A stretch of DNA of 63,963 nt, filler included, from Choristocarpus tenellus KU-1152 (Eukaryota > Protista > Phaeophyceae), in NCBI GenBank assembly GCA_964200185.2. It is 11 parts of 11 records of this genome, joined end to end, with 100 filler letters (N's around TTAATTAATTAA, not from the genome) between each part and the next. Parts side by side here need not be neighbours in the genome. Positions count along the whole stretch, not along the records: positions 10,568 to 14,995 come from CAXNAD020014596.1; positions 15,096 to 18,912 come from CAXNAD020017768.1; positions 19,013 to 25,784 come from CAXNAD020007383.1; 8 more parts are not named here. The stretch is one strand, 5' to 3'. The notes under the pieces are model-generated. The model did no database searches, was not told where the DNA came from, and saw only the letters and a list, made by a program, of their open reading frames with translations. Positions 10,875 to 23,100 of the stretch are shown here, one piece after another. Positions within the stretch are counted from its first letter, which is position 1. Every line of letters begins with the position of its first letter. Made by a program: the position numbers and the translations under genes.

Positions 10875-13643
10875 TTGGATGTAGTGCGGGACATCAAGGA
10901 AAAGCTGTGCTATGTACCTGTCAAGGGAAAGGGAAATGATGTCCCTGGAGAGGATGAGTATGAACTTCCAGATGGGACCACAATCACCCTCAACAGCCAG
11001 TGTCGAAGTCAAGCTGCAGAGGTTTGCCCCCCCCCCCCACACACACACAAGTATGTGCTGATGCCCATTGCCAGAGTTTGGTTGTTTGGCCCCTGCGGTT
11101 GCAGCAACAAAGATGACAAAATGTTCGTGTTCCTTTCAAATAAACAGAAGACCTAACCCTAAACCAAAGTCCCCTCTGAGGGACAGGAAATGTGCAGACT
11201 TTGACTAATCCATTCTCCCTGAGACGACTGGTGCTTTATGTTTCCAATCTATCGATTGATTGATGTTTTGGCCTTGTTTATTGTTTGCTCGTTTATGATG
11301 GAAGATTTCCTGGGAACAGATTGGTTAGACAATAGTCAACGGATCGAGAGCAGTGGAAAGGTTTGCAGGTTTTGGCCATTTTTCACTTTAAACCCTTTTT
11401 TTGTTCATCTTTTGTAGTTCATTCCAATATATATGGAAAATGAGCTAAGAGTGACTTGAGAGTATCGATTTCTCAACTGTTCGAAAATTATTGACAGAAT
11501 TCAGAAAAGTCCATATTCGTATTTATACAAAAAAATAATTTTGCACATTTGTCAACATCCTTAAAATACAACCCTGTGTGCATCTTGCTTGCATTGGCTC
11601 ATGAGGGAATATTGAACCAACCATTTGGTGTTCTTTAATGATGGGCCGGGAAAGAAAGCCCACAACAGTGCTGGGATGGACCATTAAAGGGAAAAAGAAC
11701 ATGGTTTGTCCAGACTGCTTTAGAGAGGAAGTATACAACATAATAGGTTCAGTTTCTATATATCCTTCAGAAAAGGCTAGAAAGAGTGCTTAAACTGGGA
11801 AAGTTAGTTACATCACCTGCCCTTAGCCCATCTGCAAACAGAAGCATCCAATGGCACACACACAGTTCTGTCCAGAGGGTACATGGAGTTTTTTCATTTT
11901 GAATGTTGATGTACACGTTGCTGTGACTCATCAGCTAATATAGCTGAGGCTAACAATAACAACAAGATATAAGAATGACATTAAGGAATACTTCTAAGTA
12001 TAGCGTTTGTAGCAGCAATTATTACAAGATTGAAGGGGTTGGGGGTATGCTGAAAAAGGAAACTGTACTTTAACCAATGGAATAGCCCAAGTGTCACATT
12101 GAACCAATCAATAGAATGGTTCACCGTGCAACTTGCCAAACCCTTTCCTTCTTAGCTCAAATTGACTGGCACTAGGTGCTGGGTACTAGGTAGTGGGTAG
12201 TGGGTACTAAATACTAGGTACTGGGTACTATGCACTAGGTGCTTGGTACTTGGTACTTTGAAACTTTAACTGCTTTGAGAAAAAGAGAATGAAGGATGGA
12301 GATGAAACAGAGAGAAAAAAAATGGTGGATAGCTGTCGAGAATTTTGTGGACTCTTTCAGGCTCGAAGTATCTGGGGGGGGGGGTAGCGACTGTCCATTT
12401 GGGGCCTAAAAAAATGTCGCGATTTTTGGGTGATTTGGTTGCATACGTCGGATGGATGATGTAAATGCACTTTTCCTGGTTTTGGTCCAATTAGACACCC
12501 TGGTGTAGCCACCACCCCCCCCACAGATACTTTGGGTCTCATGCCTGACTGACTTTATAAGTGGCCGAGGAGGTCATTGCAACACTGGAGCATATATTTC
12601 TCAGCAGAAATTGATGGCCCCTTAACTCCACCAACCAAACAAACAAAATATTTAAACCAACAACATACTCCCAAACTCTTTTCCATCGACAATACTGTTT
12701 CTCATAGTTGTTGTTCACACCTGAGGCAGGGGGAGAGGTATTTTCATCTCGAGCTGTAGATGGGGGCGTGGCAAGCATGGTGATGCAGAGCATATCCATG
12801 TGCGACAAGGTAAGCAGACCTTTCCCTAAACCTAAGGGGTGTATAACATATGGAAGGCACGGTTGTCAATCAGTGAATGAAGGTGCCATGCTTTGTAGTG
12901 CTCCAAATTATTGATAACCATAGTGTTGCTACAATTCCGCCTTATCTTCCTATAGGGTTTTTTTTCCTGCTTAGGTATGCAATCTGTTTGTGTTTCTATT
13001 CCGACATTTGGCTTTGGTTTCCAGGATACGTATATCACTGAATGTATTTTTTCCTTGAAACAGACCGGTGTAGCATTCTCTTTGGTAAAATGCTGATCAA
13101 ATCAATCTACATAGAAGATTACCCGATGCAATCCACATAGATGAGGTTGAACACTCTCCATTAAGGGAAGCGCTTAATTTGACAGATAATGTCTCCAACA
13201 CACTTTGCAATATCAATAGCAATAGCAATGCAATTCTGTTGAGATGGACTGAGATCCTCCATTGGGTACACATTGAACACTCTCGCTGTCGATGACAATT
13301 CAGCAACCCAATTCCTATCGAATATTATTCCTAAAATGAACAAATTTTTGCACTCCACATACCACTGACCCTTCAAACTGACCCCTCCCCTTTTGTCCCG
13401 GATCCCCAGGACATCAATCCTGATCTTCTAGGAAGTGTTGTACTCGCAGGAGGCTCCACAATGATGCCTGGGTTTGCTGAGAGGGTGAAGGATGAGTTGG
13501 ATGTCCTTGTTGGAAGAGAGGGAGCCCAGTCTGCAAATGTCATCCCTCACCCTACCAGTCATGAGCCTGGGTACAATGCACAGCGCAAACACGCAGCATG
13601 GATAGGAGGATCCATATTCGCATCCTTATCCACATTCAAGCAG
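10875..13643 (+). CDS. Divergent actin-related protein, internal exons
   Basis: Phase-0 exons 10875-11021 (LDVVRDIKEKLCYV...YELPDG), 12708-12809 (LLFTPE...VMQSISMCDK) and 13410-13643 (DINPDLLGSVVLAGGSTMMPGFAERV...AAWIGGSIFASLSTFKQ). These are actin-fold motifs. Confidence 0.9.
12360..12538. mobile_element. MITE, PIF/Harbinger-like, family B (G-run TIRs)
   Basis: TIRs GGCTCGAAGTATCTGGGGG / CCCACAGATACTTTGGGTC with a 3-bp TSD TCA (12357-12359 and 12539-12541). A second copy is at 48547-48722, with partial ends at ~10568, ~30530 and ~54064. Confidence 0.8.
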
Positions 13644-14027
13644 GTTTGTTGCAAAAAAGCTGTCTTGCATTATCTATTTGCTGTTCTTGCTCATGTTTGG
13701 ATGTGTCCCCATTGCAGTGTGAGCCCGTGTCGACACATTGTATGTTCATGTATGTATTTATGTATGTATGTAAGTATGTAAGTATGTATGCATATATTAT
13801 GGTTAGATGGATGGATGGACGGATCACAAGCATATGAGAAGCACCACAGTAATCTTCTAGTGAGGGGATGCACTCACAGAAAGGTGGAGTGAAAGACGAA
13901 ATAGTACGAGACTTGCACCTTTTCTTTTCTTACATCATGGCACTGGTACGTTTCTGTGTTCATACTTATTTTCTCTTTTTATCGAGTGAGTAGTTTGTTT
14001 CATATTTGGATTCTGTATCTCTTTAGT

Positions 14028-14277
14028 GAGCCAAATTATATGAGAGGTACCCAGGTTTTGGTCGTTTTGCATTTTAAGTCTGCTTTTTGCAATTCACCCA
14101 TATTTCTATTGATGAAGTTCTTCGTTTGACTTAACAGTGTATACTTCTCTATTGTTTCAAACTAATCCGACACAGTCCAGAAAATACTCTATACCCACTT
14201 TAAAAAAAACAATATTTTTACACATTTGTCAGTATCCTTAAAATGCAAATCTGGGTACCTTTCGTTTACTTTGACTC
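14028..14277. mobile_element. MITE, PIF/Harbinger-like, family C
   Basis: GAGCCAAA...GGTACCCAG...TGCATTTTAAG is inverted against CTTAAAATGCA...CTGGGTACC...TTTGACTC, with TSD AGT on both sides. A related end lies at ~11525-11600. Confidence 0.75.
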
Positions 14278-15699
14278 AGTAGTGTATGCATTTTATAATT
14301 ACTACTTCGAATAACATTTTATTTCACATATTTCTATCATTTTTCCATTCTTATATTTTTTGGTTTCACGAGTGTGGTACACCAGCATGAACTTTACAGA
14401 TTGAATTAAGCAATGTCAGGTCACCATCCTATGCAAAGTACTGCCAAGATAAATGTGCCCATAATAAGAACTAGGATGTATTACCTTAGTGTGAATCATA
14501 TTGACAACATTAATTTCATAAAATTGGAGCATAGGCATAGGGAACAGTGCATCAGCTCAAAAACATGTGTACGAATTGGATGGTCTACATGTTGCATTTG
14601 AGCCAATAGACATACAAAATTTCCTACTCCTCAATCTTGCCATAGTATATTTCATTGTTGTCACAGCATTTGGCACTACATACAATATTCATATTTTTTA
14701 GTATGTCTTCATCAGTGCTTTGTAGTACTAGTAGTTTTACTACTCGGAAATATATAGCAAGACTATCAACTACCACTGTAGATATGTCTATCGCATCTGT
14801 TGTACTACACAAGATTACTCCCTGAGTAGTACCCTTCTCGAACTTGAAATTTGCCATGAGTTCAGCGTGCCAAGTGGGAAATAACCCTAGTCCCCATCCC
14901 TATTTTACTTGATTAAATCAATCCTTGCCTGTTGAGACAACTTGCGTGACTCTGAGAGCCAAAGTATCTTAGAGGGTAGAGCCGCGTCCATTTGGNNNNN
15001 NNNNNNNNNNNNNNNNNNNNNNNNNNNNNNNNNNNNNNNTTAATTAATTAANNNNNNNNNNNNNNNNNNNNNNNNNNNNNNNNNNNNNNNNNNNNCCACA
15101 TCAATTCTGTGCCGCTTTTTTCGGGCATGCCCATGGGTGAACAAAATCGGGGCATTTACTGTGCTGGATTATTTTTGAGCGTAATCTCTTGATTTCTTTG
15201 TTCTGTTATTTTTTTGTGTGATGTTTTTTTTTTAGGTTATGTTCTTCCCTCTCATTTTCCTCTCATTTTCCTCTCGTTTTTCTCCCTTTCCCCGTTTTCC
15301 TTTTTTTCTTCCAGTGTTTGTTTTTCTTTTATTCCCATTGTTACTTTTTTTCCTCCACTGTTTCGTTTTTCTTTTACCACCATTGTTACCTGTTTTCAAA
15401 TAGTGTATATTACCTTTTTTTCACTTCCTTTTTCCACCATCAACGTGGATGAAGAGACTTAAATATGATAATAATACGGGGCACAGGAATAGGTAGATGA
15501 TAGTGGTGAAGTAACTGATTAGTGGTTTCCACGCAATGTCTTACATTACAGTATTCTTATGTTTAGGACATTTCATTGGTTTCCCCCTGACACATCTGCA
15601 AAATGTCAGAGGCATAATAAAAAATAATAATAATGTGGAGATGTAGAATAATACCCAAGACTGTGTATAACACTCAAATATTTGTGTTGGAGAATGTTA

Positions 15700-17100
15700 C
15701 GTTCTTCTCATGTGTGTGTCCCCTTTTGATACGCCGTTGGCGGTATAGTATTTCTTCTAACGTGTTCGAGTTGTTGTGATCCCTTCTCTCTTTGAGACTA
15801 GACCGTAAAATTGACCAGCGGTGACCCTGCTGGCAATTGCTGCACTACCACGGGTATCTCTACCATTGGTAAGTGCGTTGGTACGATAGGGGGGCTGGGG
15901 ATGTGGTCGAGTTGCTACGTCTGACGAGAAAAATGGCATGCTTGTGAGAGTGGACCTCTTGTGGAAGCTTGTTACTGGAAGAGGCCTGAGAAATGGATGT
16001 ATGATAGAGACCGCGCATGTTGGGCAACCTTGAGGTCTAAGCCAAGCTAGCAGATTTTCATTCGTGACCCATATCGTTGATCTGGTCGAGGATAAGCTGT
16101 CTCGGGGGTCAGCTTTGTTGGAAATAAGGCACTCCACCACCTTGCTGTTGTTGGTACTACAAATCTTCTCATTCTATCTATTTTGAAGCTACTTGGAGAA
16201 AAGCGTTGCATATGACCTCGAGATTAAATTGTGCAAGGTGCAGCATTTTTGCTAGACACCATGTGGATTCCATGTTCCCCATTATTATTTCGTACTCCGT
16301 GATCGGGCAAGGTCAAGCCTTAGACCTCTGCTCCACTTTGCGGCTGCGCGCCGATGTATAGCCCCCGATTGTGTCCTGTAAGTGTGAACCTCTCTCATAC
16401 CTGAGAATTCCGTTCTTCTTGTGTATTACATGGAAATACATGCGTAATGCAGTAGATCGCACCTTGTAGGATCATTGCACATCATCGCTTTGCACTATTT
16501 TCTTCCAGTGTTCTCCGGAAGCATAGCGACTGTCTGCGGAAATTTTTAGCCCACTGTGATTAGTATAGTAACAGTTATATTGCTGCCAGGTTTCCATTTG
16601 ACTGTTGCCTTTACTGGGCACGCTTCAACCCTCTCTCGTCCAAGTTGATTGAGTTTGAGGGTGAAACACGAGGCGCCTCTGTCGGCTACAAGCGTTATTG
16701 ACCGGTCCCAAATTAATGCCCAGAGGCCCAACACTTTTTTTGGAGGGGTAGAGGAAGAAACTGGCAGATTCAAGGTTGAGGATAGTGTGGCAAAGAGTTA
16801 ATCACCCGGAGTGATCGATGATTTTACGCCTTGTCCCATCCTTGGGAACTATTTCAGCAATGTTGTTTCAATGTATATACTCTATTAGTTGTCCGAAGCT
16901 CCGCACTGGACAAAGGACACTAAATTGGTGATACGTTGTATGTTCCCTTCCACAGTACGATCTATACTATCTCCTATATCTCCTTTTGTTGAAGCATTGT
17001 TGATTTCAAAATTTCCATTAACTCGTTTCTTTTAGGCTTGACTGAAATTGCCTTTTTTTGGGTTGAGCACCAGCAAATGTGATTTATTTTGGTTTTTCAA
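15700..17100 (-). mobile_element. Highly decayed retroelement-like sequence (possibly LINE reverse transcriptase C-terminal half)
   Basis: Intron-free, coding-like composition broken by stops and frameshifts. Only faint echoes of LINE motifs are visible (KWKPGSNITVT; RKVEQRGLRL). Confidence 0.25.
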
Positions 17101-18746
17101 TGTAATAAGAAATACAGATTGAGGTCTTGGAGTAAATTCAGGTTGCAACCCATTTCCCCATCTCCCAACAATGGTGTGCTCACATGTCCTTGATTATGAC
17201 TACCCCCTTCCCCTCACATCCTTTGTGTCACCACACCTTTTCCCCATTTCACCCTCTCAAACAGGAGAGGTCTGCAGTAAGGTGGAGTCTCTCAGCTTAT
17301 CATCTCTTGCCAAATTCTGCCCACCTTTCTGTGCAATAGATTGGTCAGGTAGCAGGGCTGGGGGGTGTTGGGGAGAGGAGCAAGGGCCAAGAAGGGTGGC
17401 AATTAGAGGCTGTTCTGGGGGCAGGACGACTGCCTACGAAGGAAGGATACTGTGGGGGGAGGGAGGGAGAGGAAGGCACTGGGACCAAAGGGTTCACAGA
17501 CGGATCTCATATACCAAGGGACAACCAACCTCGTTTCTGTCCCTTGAACCATGCACATCCCCCATTGTGGCACCAATCCGGTTGCAGCCTGAAAGTATCT
17601 TTGTGCTCTTCTCTTCCTAAAAACAGAACCAAAGGACTGATCATTTGCCTTGGGAAGAGAACGGAATTTAGTTTTTCTTTTCCTTGTTTTCTTTTGCTCT
17701 CTTTTTTGTTCTACTTCAAAACCTTGCAAGACGCCAGAGGGAAAGAAAGGGAAGAAAAAGGTGAACACCGGAGAAGAAAGGCAAAGGACAACAGAGGATC
17801 GCCTGTTTTTAGTGACTGGCCTGTCAAGGGCCTAGTGGACAGGTGGGTAACCCACCGGGATCTTAGGCATTGGAGAGGAAGGAAACCTTGTGGGGTAGGG
17901 GGGGTGTCATCAGGGCTCTGCGACTGACCTTGAGGAGTTGTTCTGGGGCTACTGACCTTGGGTGCCACTTACTACTTTCTTTACCGGCACTGCACTCAAT
18001 CTGTACTCTCTCTTTTGGTATCCCCTGTTTGATTGCCTCCACCCCCATTTCCAGAACTCCTGACTGTCTAAAGGGGAGTTGCACGCGGTGTGGCGGTGTT
18101 GGTGTTAGTGAGAGGAGATTTATCGCTCATCTAATACGGAGAGTGGGGTCCTTGTAAAGCTCATTCCAGATTGTGTGGCTGGCTGCGTTATTGCCCTCTC
18201 CTGAAAGGGAAGCAGTTGAGGTTGGCATTGTCATTTCTGAGACGGGGCGTGCACCTTCTTTGCATCTGTTGTGAAAGTCAGCATCAGTCACACTTGTGAT
18301 TTCAGTTTATTGCTACATTTTCTATTGTGGGGAAAGGAGCAACAGTCAGGAAACAGACCTGTTCACTGTTATCCTCACTGGAGAGAATAAACTAGCAAAG
18401 GGATCACTATAAAGAGAAAGAGCGACAGGCGTGTTGTGAGACCAGCTGCCGGCAGATAGTTGGGCAGGCGGATTAAGGGGGAGGGAGAGCGAAGGAAGAA
18501 AGGGTCAGAGAGAAGGAACGGATTTGGAGTATTGACTGCTGTCACTGGCTGGAATACAAGGGACAAAGAGAGAGTAAGAGTTAGCCTTACATTTTTGTTT
18601 TGTGGACTGAGCTGAAGAAAACCTTGAAAAAAAACAGATTTTCTAGGATACTAGCAGGCCGGGTCCAGTCGTTATTTGCGCAGGAGAGTGGGTGGGGCAG
18701 GGGCAGGGCACATCGGGGATTGGGTAGACTAGTTGAAGCTGTATAG

Positions 18747-18912
18747 ATGTTTGACTCTGGTGGGGGTTCAGGCGGGTCTGGGGGTGGGGGGGGTGGGGGG
18801 GGGGGTAGTACAGCAGCTGCGGCGGCAGTGTCATCTTTTCCTTTGCATATGGGACACGGGGGAGGGGGAGGGGGGGGGGGGGGGGCAGGTCGGGAAGATG
18901 TTCCATGGCCAA
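18747..18912 (+). CDS. Possible first exon of a Gly-rich protein, truncated by the contig end
   Basis: MFDSGGGSGG...STAAAAAVSSFPLHMGHGGGG...; low complexity, no family recognised. Confidence 0.25.
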
Positions 18913-19012
18913 NNNNNNNNNNNNNNNNNNNNNNNNNNNNNNNNNNNNNNNNNNNNTTAATTAATTAANNNNNNNNNNNNNNNNNNNNNNNNNNNNNNNN
19001 NNNNNNNNNNNN

Positions 19013-19714
19013 ACTGGCGAGTTCGGGAGGAGCGTAAGGTTCCAACGCATGCTGACAGAGCGGGGCGTGAAATGGCTCAAGACCCCCCCACGCACGCCCC
19101 AGAGCAACGGGATTGCTGAACGGGCAATTAAACAGGTGATGCAAGCAGCACGCAGTCAGCTGATCCAGGCTGGACTTGGGGAGGAGTTCTGGTTCTTCGC
19201 GGTGGCAGACGCCACATACAAGACCACAGGCATGCCACACGAGTACCTGGGCGGCAAGACACCATGCGAGCGCCGGACCAGCAAGTCATCCAACTCTGCG
19301 ATATAGGCTGGTACTCTATAGGTTCTTATGTGTTTGGTAATTGCGTCTACCAATTTGGGGGGATCCTGCGGATATTATCAAAGAGATGGAAAAGCTGGTG
19401 AAGAAGTTGCGGAGTATTGGTGCCGAACCTGATGAGGAAGAGCAGCTGGCAGTTGTTCACAGCTGTTTTGCTACAGAATATATGATTGAAATACGTCAGA
19501 TTTCCAATGTGGGTCGACCAGCAAGATTACAATTACAGAAGAGAGTCTGCTAATCATATCTGATGAACAAGAGGTTGATGGACAGTGGTATTGGGAACCA
19601 CAATGAATGTCTAGTGGAAGCTCGACTTTCAATCATGGATCGCATTCTGCATCATCTGCTGGACATCATGGTAAACATGGTGTAAAATGTTTCAAGTGTG
19701 GTAGACCGCATTAC
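19013..19714 (+). mobile_element. Ty1/Copia fragments: integrase core followed by gag with zinc knuckle
   Basis: TPPRTPQSNGIAERAIKQV...GLGEEFWFFAVADATY (integrase, 19049-19290); GDPADIIKEMEKLVKKLRSIG (gag); VKCFKCGRPH is cut at 19714 by the LTR insertion. Confidence 0.8.
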
Positions 19715-20122
19715 TGTTACAGGCGCCCCTCAAAGCTCACCTCCACAGGATGTACAAGTCAAGTCCAATTCACAGATTAACGCACGTCAGCTCAGCAGAA
19801 CATTAGTACTCTCAGGTGAATCAAGTAGCACAAGGAAAAGTATATAAATGATATCAGAAAAAGAGAGTGAATACGGAGGGGGGGGCTCTCTGGGTCAGAA
19901 GAACTGAGCCGTTTTGAGCCGTTTTTAGGATTCTAATCATCATTTATCATTGGGGCTTATTCTGGTCTACAAATATTGGAATATATCTGGGAACCCTTTG
20001 CGACCTTCCCTTTACGACCTTTCCATCTGGGACCCTTTACAACTACCCGAGTTACAGACTTTATTCTGCAACTTCTTGGCAAATCGGAGTTCCCCCTTTT
20101 GGGGCGCTACTCGCCTGTAACA
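19715..20122 (-). repeat. 3' LTR (408 bp)
   Basis: TGTTACAGGCG...CGCCTGTAACA forms a perfect 11-bp terminal inverted repeat; direct repeat of 25399-25784. Confidence 0.92.
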
Positions 20123-23100
20123 GGCCCCCCAGCGTGAACTAGGTATACATGTTTCACGCTTACCACAGGCGATTGTCATCAGTTAAGACAATAGATATCA
20201 TCTATCACCTCAGATCACGCTGTAGCAGCATGAGTTGGTTGCCATCAAACAAAAGAGGGGCACCCGTTCCAAACTAGCCAGTTGTATCCAACACAGGGAC
20301 CTCGGTTCCAAATTAACCAGATATTTCCAACAAGTGATTGACAAATCTCCCAGTTTCTTCTTTGAGAATATTTCCTCGAAAGTCTTAAGATAGTCAGAAT
20401 CAATAAATGTCTGAGCTAATCAGAGTATATATTTTTATTTAAAATATATAACTTCAACTAGGTCCAGAATTGATCAACACATATCCATGTTTTTCTTGGG
20501 ATAATTTATCCCTAGGGGCACAGAATATAATTTGCATTTCGGTCAGTCTGAGCATATATTTACTTTTTCTGAAGCACCTTCAAGGTTGCAAAGTATACAT
20601 CTCTGACATGGCCTAAAATGAATGGGACCCCAGTTTCGATCACCTTCATAAATGTGATTAATCTTTACAATTCTTTAAAAAGGGTCCATCCACAAGGTCA
20701 TAGGATGTACTCTTCTTATTCAAATTGTGTCTGCCTAATTTAAATATATCTGTTCTTTTTGAGCTGGGACTTCAGAATAACAAATAAAGATAAAAAATGA
20801 AATAAAAGAATGCATCCTATATCAAAATGTTTACAAGTGATTATCACTGGTGAAGACAATAGACATCATCAATCACCTCAGATCATCCTGTAACAGGGAG
20901 AAGGAAGAGCAAAAAGTATGCCTAACTCCTACTAGGCCTAAACATGTATCCCTATCTTACTTGGGGGAATTTGTCTGCGTCTAGCCTAATCTGAGGATAT
21001 ATTCATTCTCTCTAAAGTACAACTTCCCTAGAGTGCCAAGTATAATTTGATTATTGCCTGTCTCATGCCCCCCAGCACGAAGCATACTGACGGCTGCTAG
21101 AGCGTAAAACAGGCAATAACATCAACGTCGGCCTCTAACAAAAGAAAAAAGAAAAAAATGAATAGGGAAAAATAATAAGAAGAGAAAAGGAAAGGAAGAA
21201 GAAAAAAAAATTAAGCAAGGGTTAGATAAAATATGGAAAAAATCCAAAAAATAAAACGAAAGAATAATATAAAAAGAAGGAAAAAAATGGAATAAAGGGG
21301 GAATAAAGGGGGTCATGTACCTGATGTACACAGAATATATATATATTCAAAGACAGAAAATGACAAAAAAATCAAAACATCTTACATAAATTGGTATCTG
21401 GTTTGATGTGGGTTACTTCATGGTTCCCATTTCTGCTATCCTATGTTCCATGCAGGGACTACCTGTTCCATGCTTTCCACAGGCAATAATCATTATCTGG
21501 ATAATAAATATCCATCACCTTTTATCATGCTGCGGTGGCATTCATAATTGCTATTTGGTAACATAGGGGCTTCAGTTCAGACTCTGCCAGTTTTCTCCAA
21601 CATAGGGACTCCAGTTCCAAATTACCCCATGTATTCCAACAATGATCAACAATCCCCTCGTTTCCTTTGAGAACGGATCCTCAAAAGTCATAAGGCACAG
21701 TCAAGATCAATATATGTCTGACCAGATAAGAATATACTTTTATTAAAAATATATGTAGCTTCAACTAGCCTCAAAACAGGTCAGCAAATATCCTTGCTTA
21801 ACCTGGGAAAACGTTCCCAAGGGTTACAGAATACCATTAGAGTCAGATTGCCTCTGGCCTAGTCTGAGTATACATTTGTTCTCTCTGAAACATACCTTCA
21901 AAATTTACAAAGTATATATCTCTGACATGGCCTAAAATGAATGGGTCCCCAGTTCCAGCACTCTAATCACAAATGTGATTAATATATCCACGTTCCCTTC
22001 AAGGTGTCCCCAAGGTCACACATAGCAATCTCCATTAAATTGTCTGGCCTAATCCGAGTATACACTTGTTTCTTTTGAACTGGACCTTCAAAAGTTACAA
22101 AATACATATCTCTGATTGGGCATACAACTTGTGCGTCTTCCGTTCCAATCTTGCCGGTTATATAAATGCAAGTGCTATCAAGGATTAGACTTACATTATT
22201 CATGACCTACACAGCATCTGATTATTGCCTGTCCTATGCCTCCCATGCACAAAGCATACTCAAGGCTGCTAGTGTGCAAAACAGGCAATGAAAAAAATAA
22301 AAATAAATAAAGAAGGGTCAATGAGAGCAACAAACAGTACTAATAATAAAGAGAAGAAAAAAAAAAGTGTGGATGATGAGGGTAACAAAGTGGAAACTGA
22401 ATAGTAAGTAAAGTAAAATAAAAGTAAAGGAAAAAAAAATGAAAAGAAATAAGTCAGTAAATAAGGAGAGTAACAACAATGAAAAGAAAATGAAATTTAA
22501 AAATCAGGGGATGATGGGATGAGAACTAAAAATAAATAACATTAGAAAAACATAAGTGAGATATAGAGGATATAAAAAATAGAGAATTCAAGATCACAGA
22601 GAGTTGTTACAACATAGAAAAGAGGAAATAAATAAATAAAAAAAAGTAGTGAGATCAGTGTTTTGTCTTTTCTAAGGACTTCAGTCTATAGAATCGATGT
22701 ATATTATTGTGTGGTAAAATGTGGGCAGCTTCTTCTTTCCAACTTCTGCTGTTCCTTTCAGTGATTATCATTGCTTTAATCTTTTGTTCTAGCATGTACC
22801 GACTGAACCTCACCTTGTCCTTCCGGCATACAGTTGCTACCTGCTGGGAGGTTTTCTGGAGGAGGCACTTGTCTCTCTCCTGCTGAATTCCTCCTTACCT
22901 CCATCCTTCAACCATACCCTTCAGTGGGGTGACTTGAACTCAAAAACTGAACCTTCGTGTCCTACATGTCTCTTCTGCTTTCATCCTTCCACAATGTTTG
23001 ACACTAGCACCTATAAGGAAGGGACGTAGCACATCCTCTCTGGGCAAGATTTGTTCTTGGGTGGGAACATTAGTTGGGCATGGTCTTGTGCTAAGGTAGT

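Noticed and set aside
21051-21119. Type III hammerhead ribozyme (retrozyme): GTC, stem, CTGACGG...AAAAC inside an 11-bp stem
   Set aside because: The topology is suggestive, but essential core positions deviate (A9 and G12 absent; the second copy reads CTCAAGG), stem II does not form in register, and the motif is better explained as a PPT copy on the other strand. An Rfam hammerhead scan or a self-cleavage assay would settle it.
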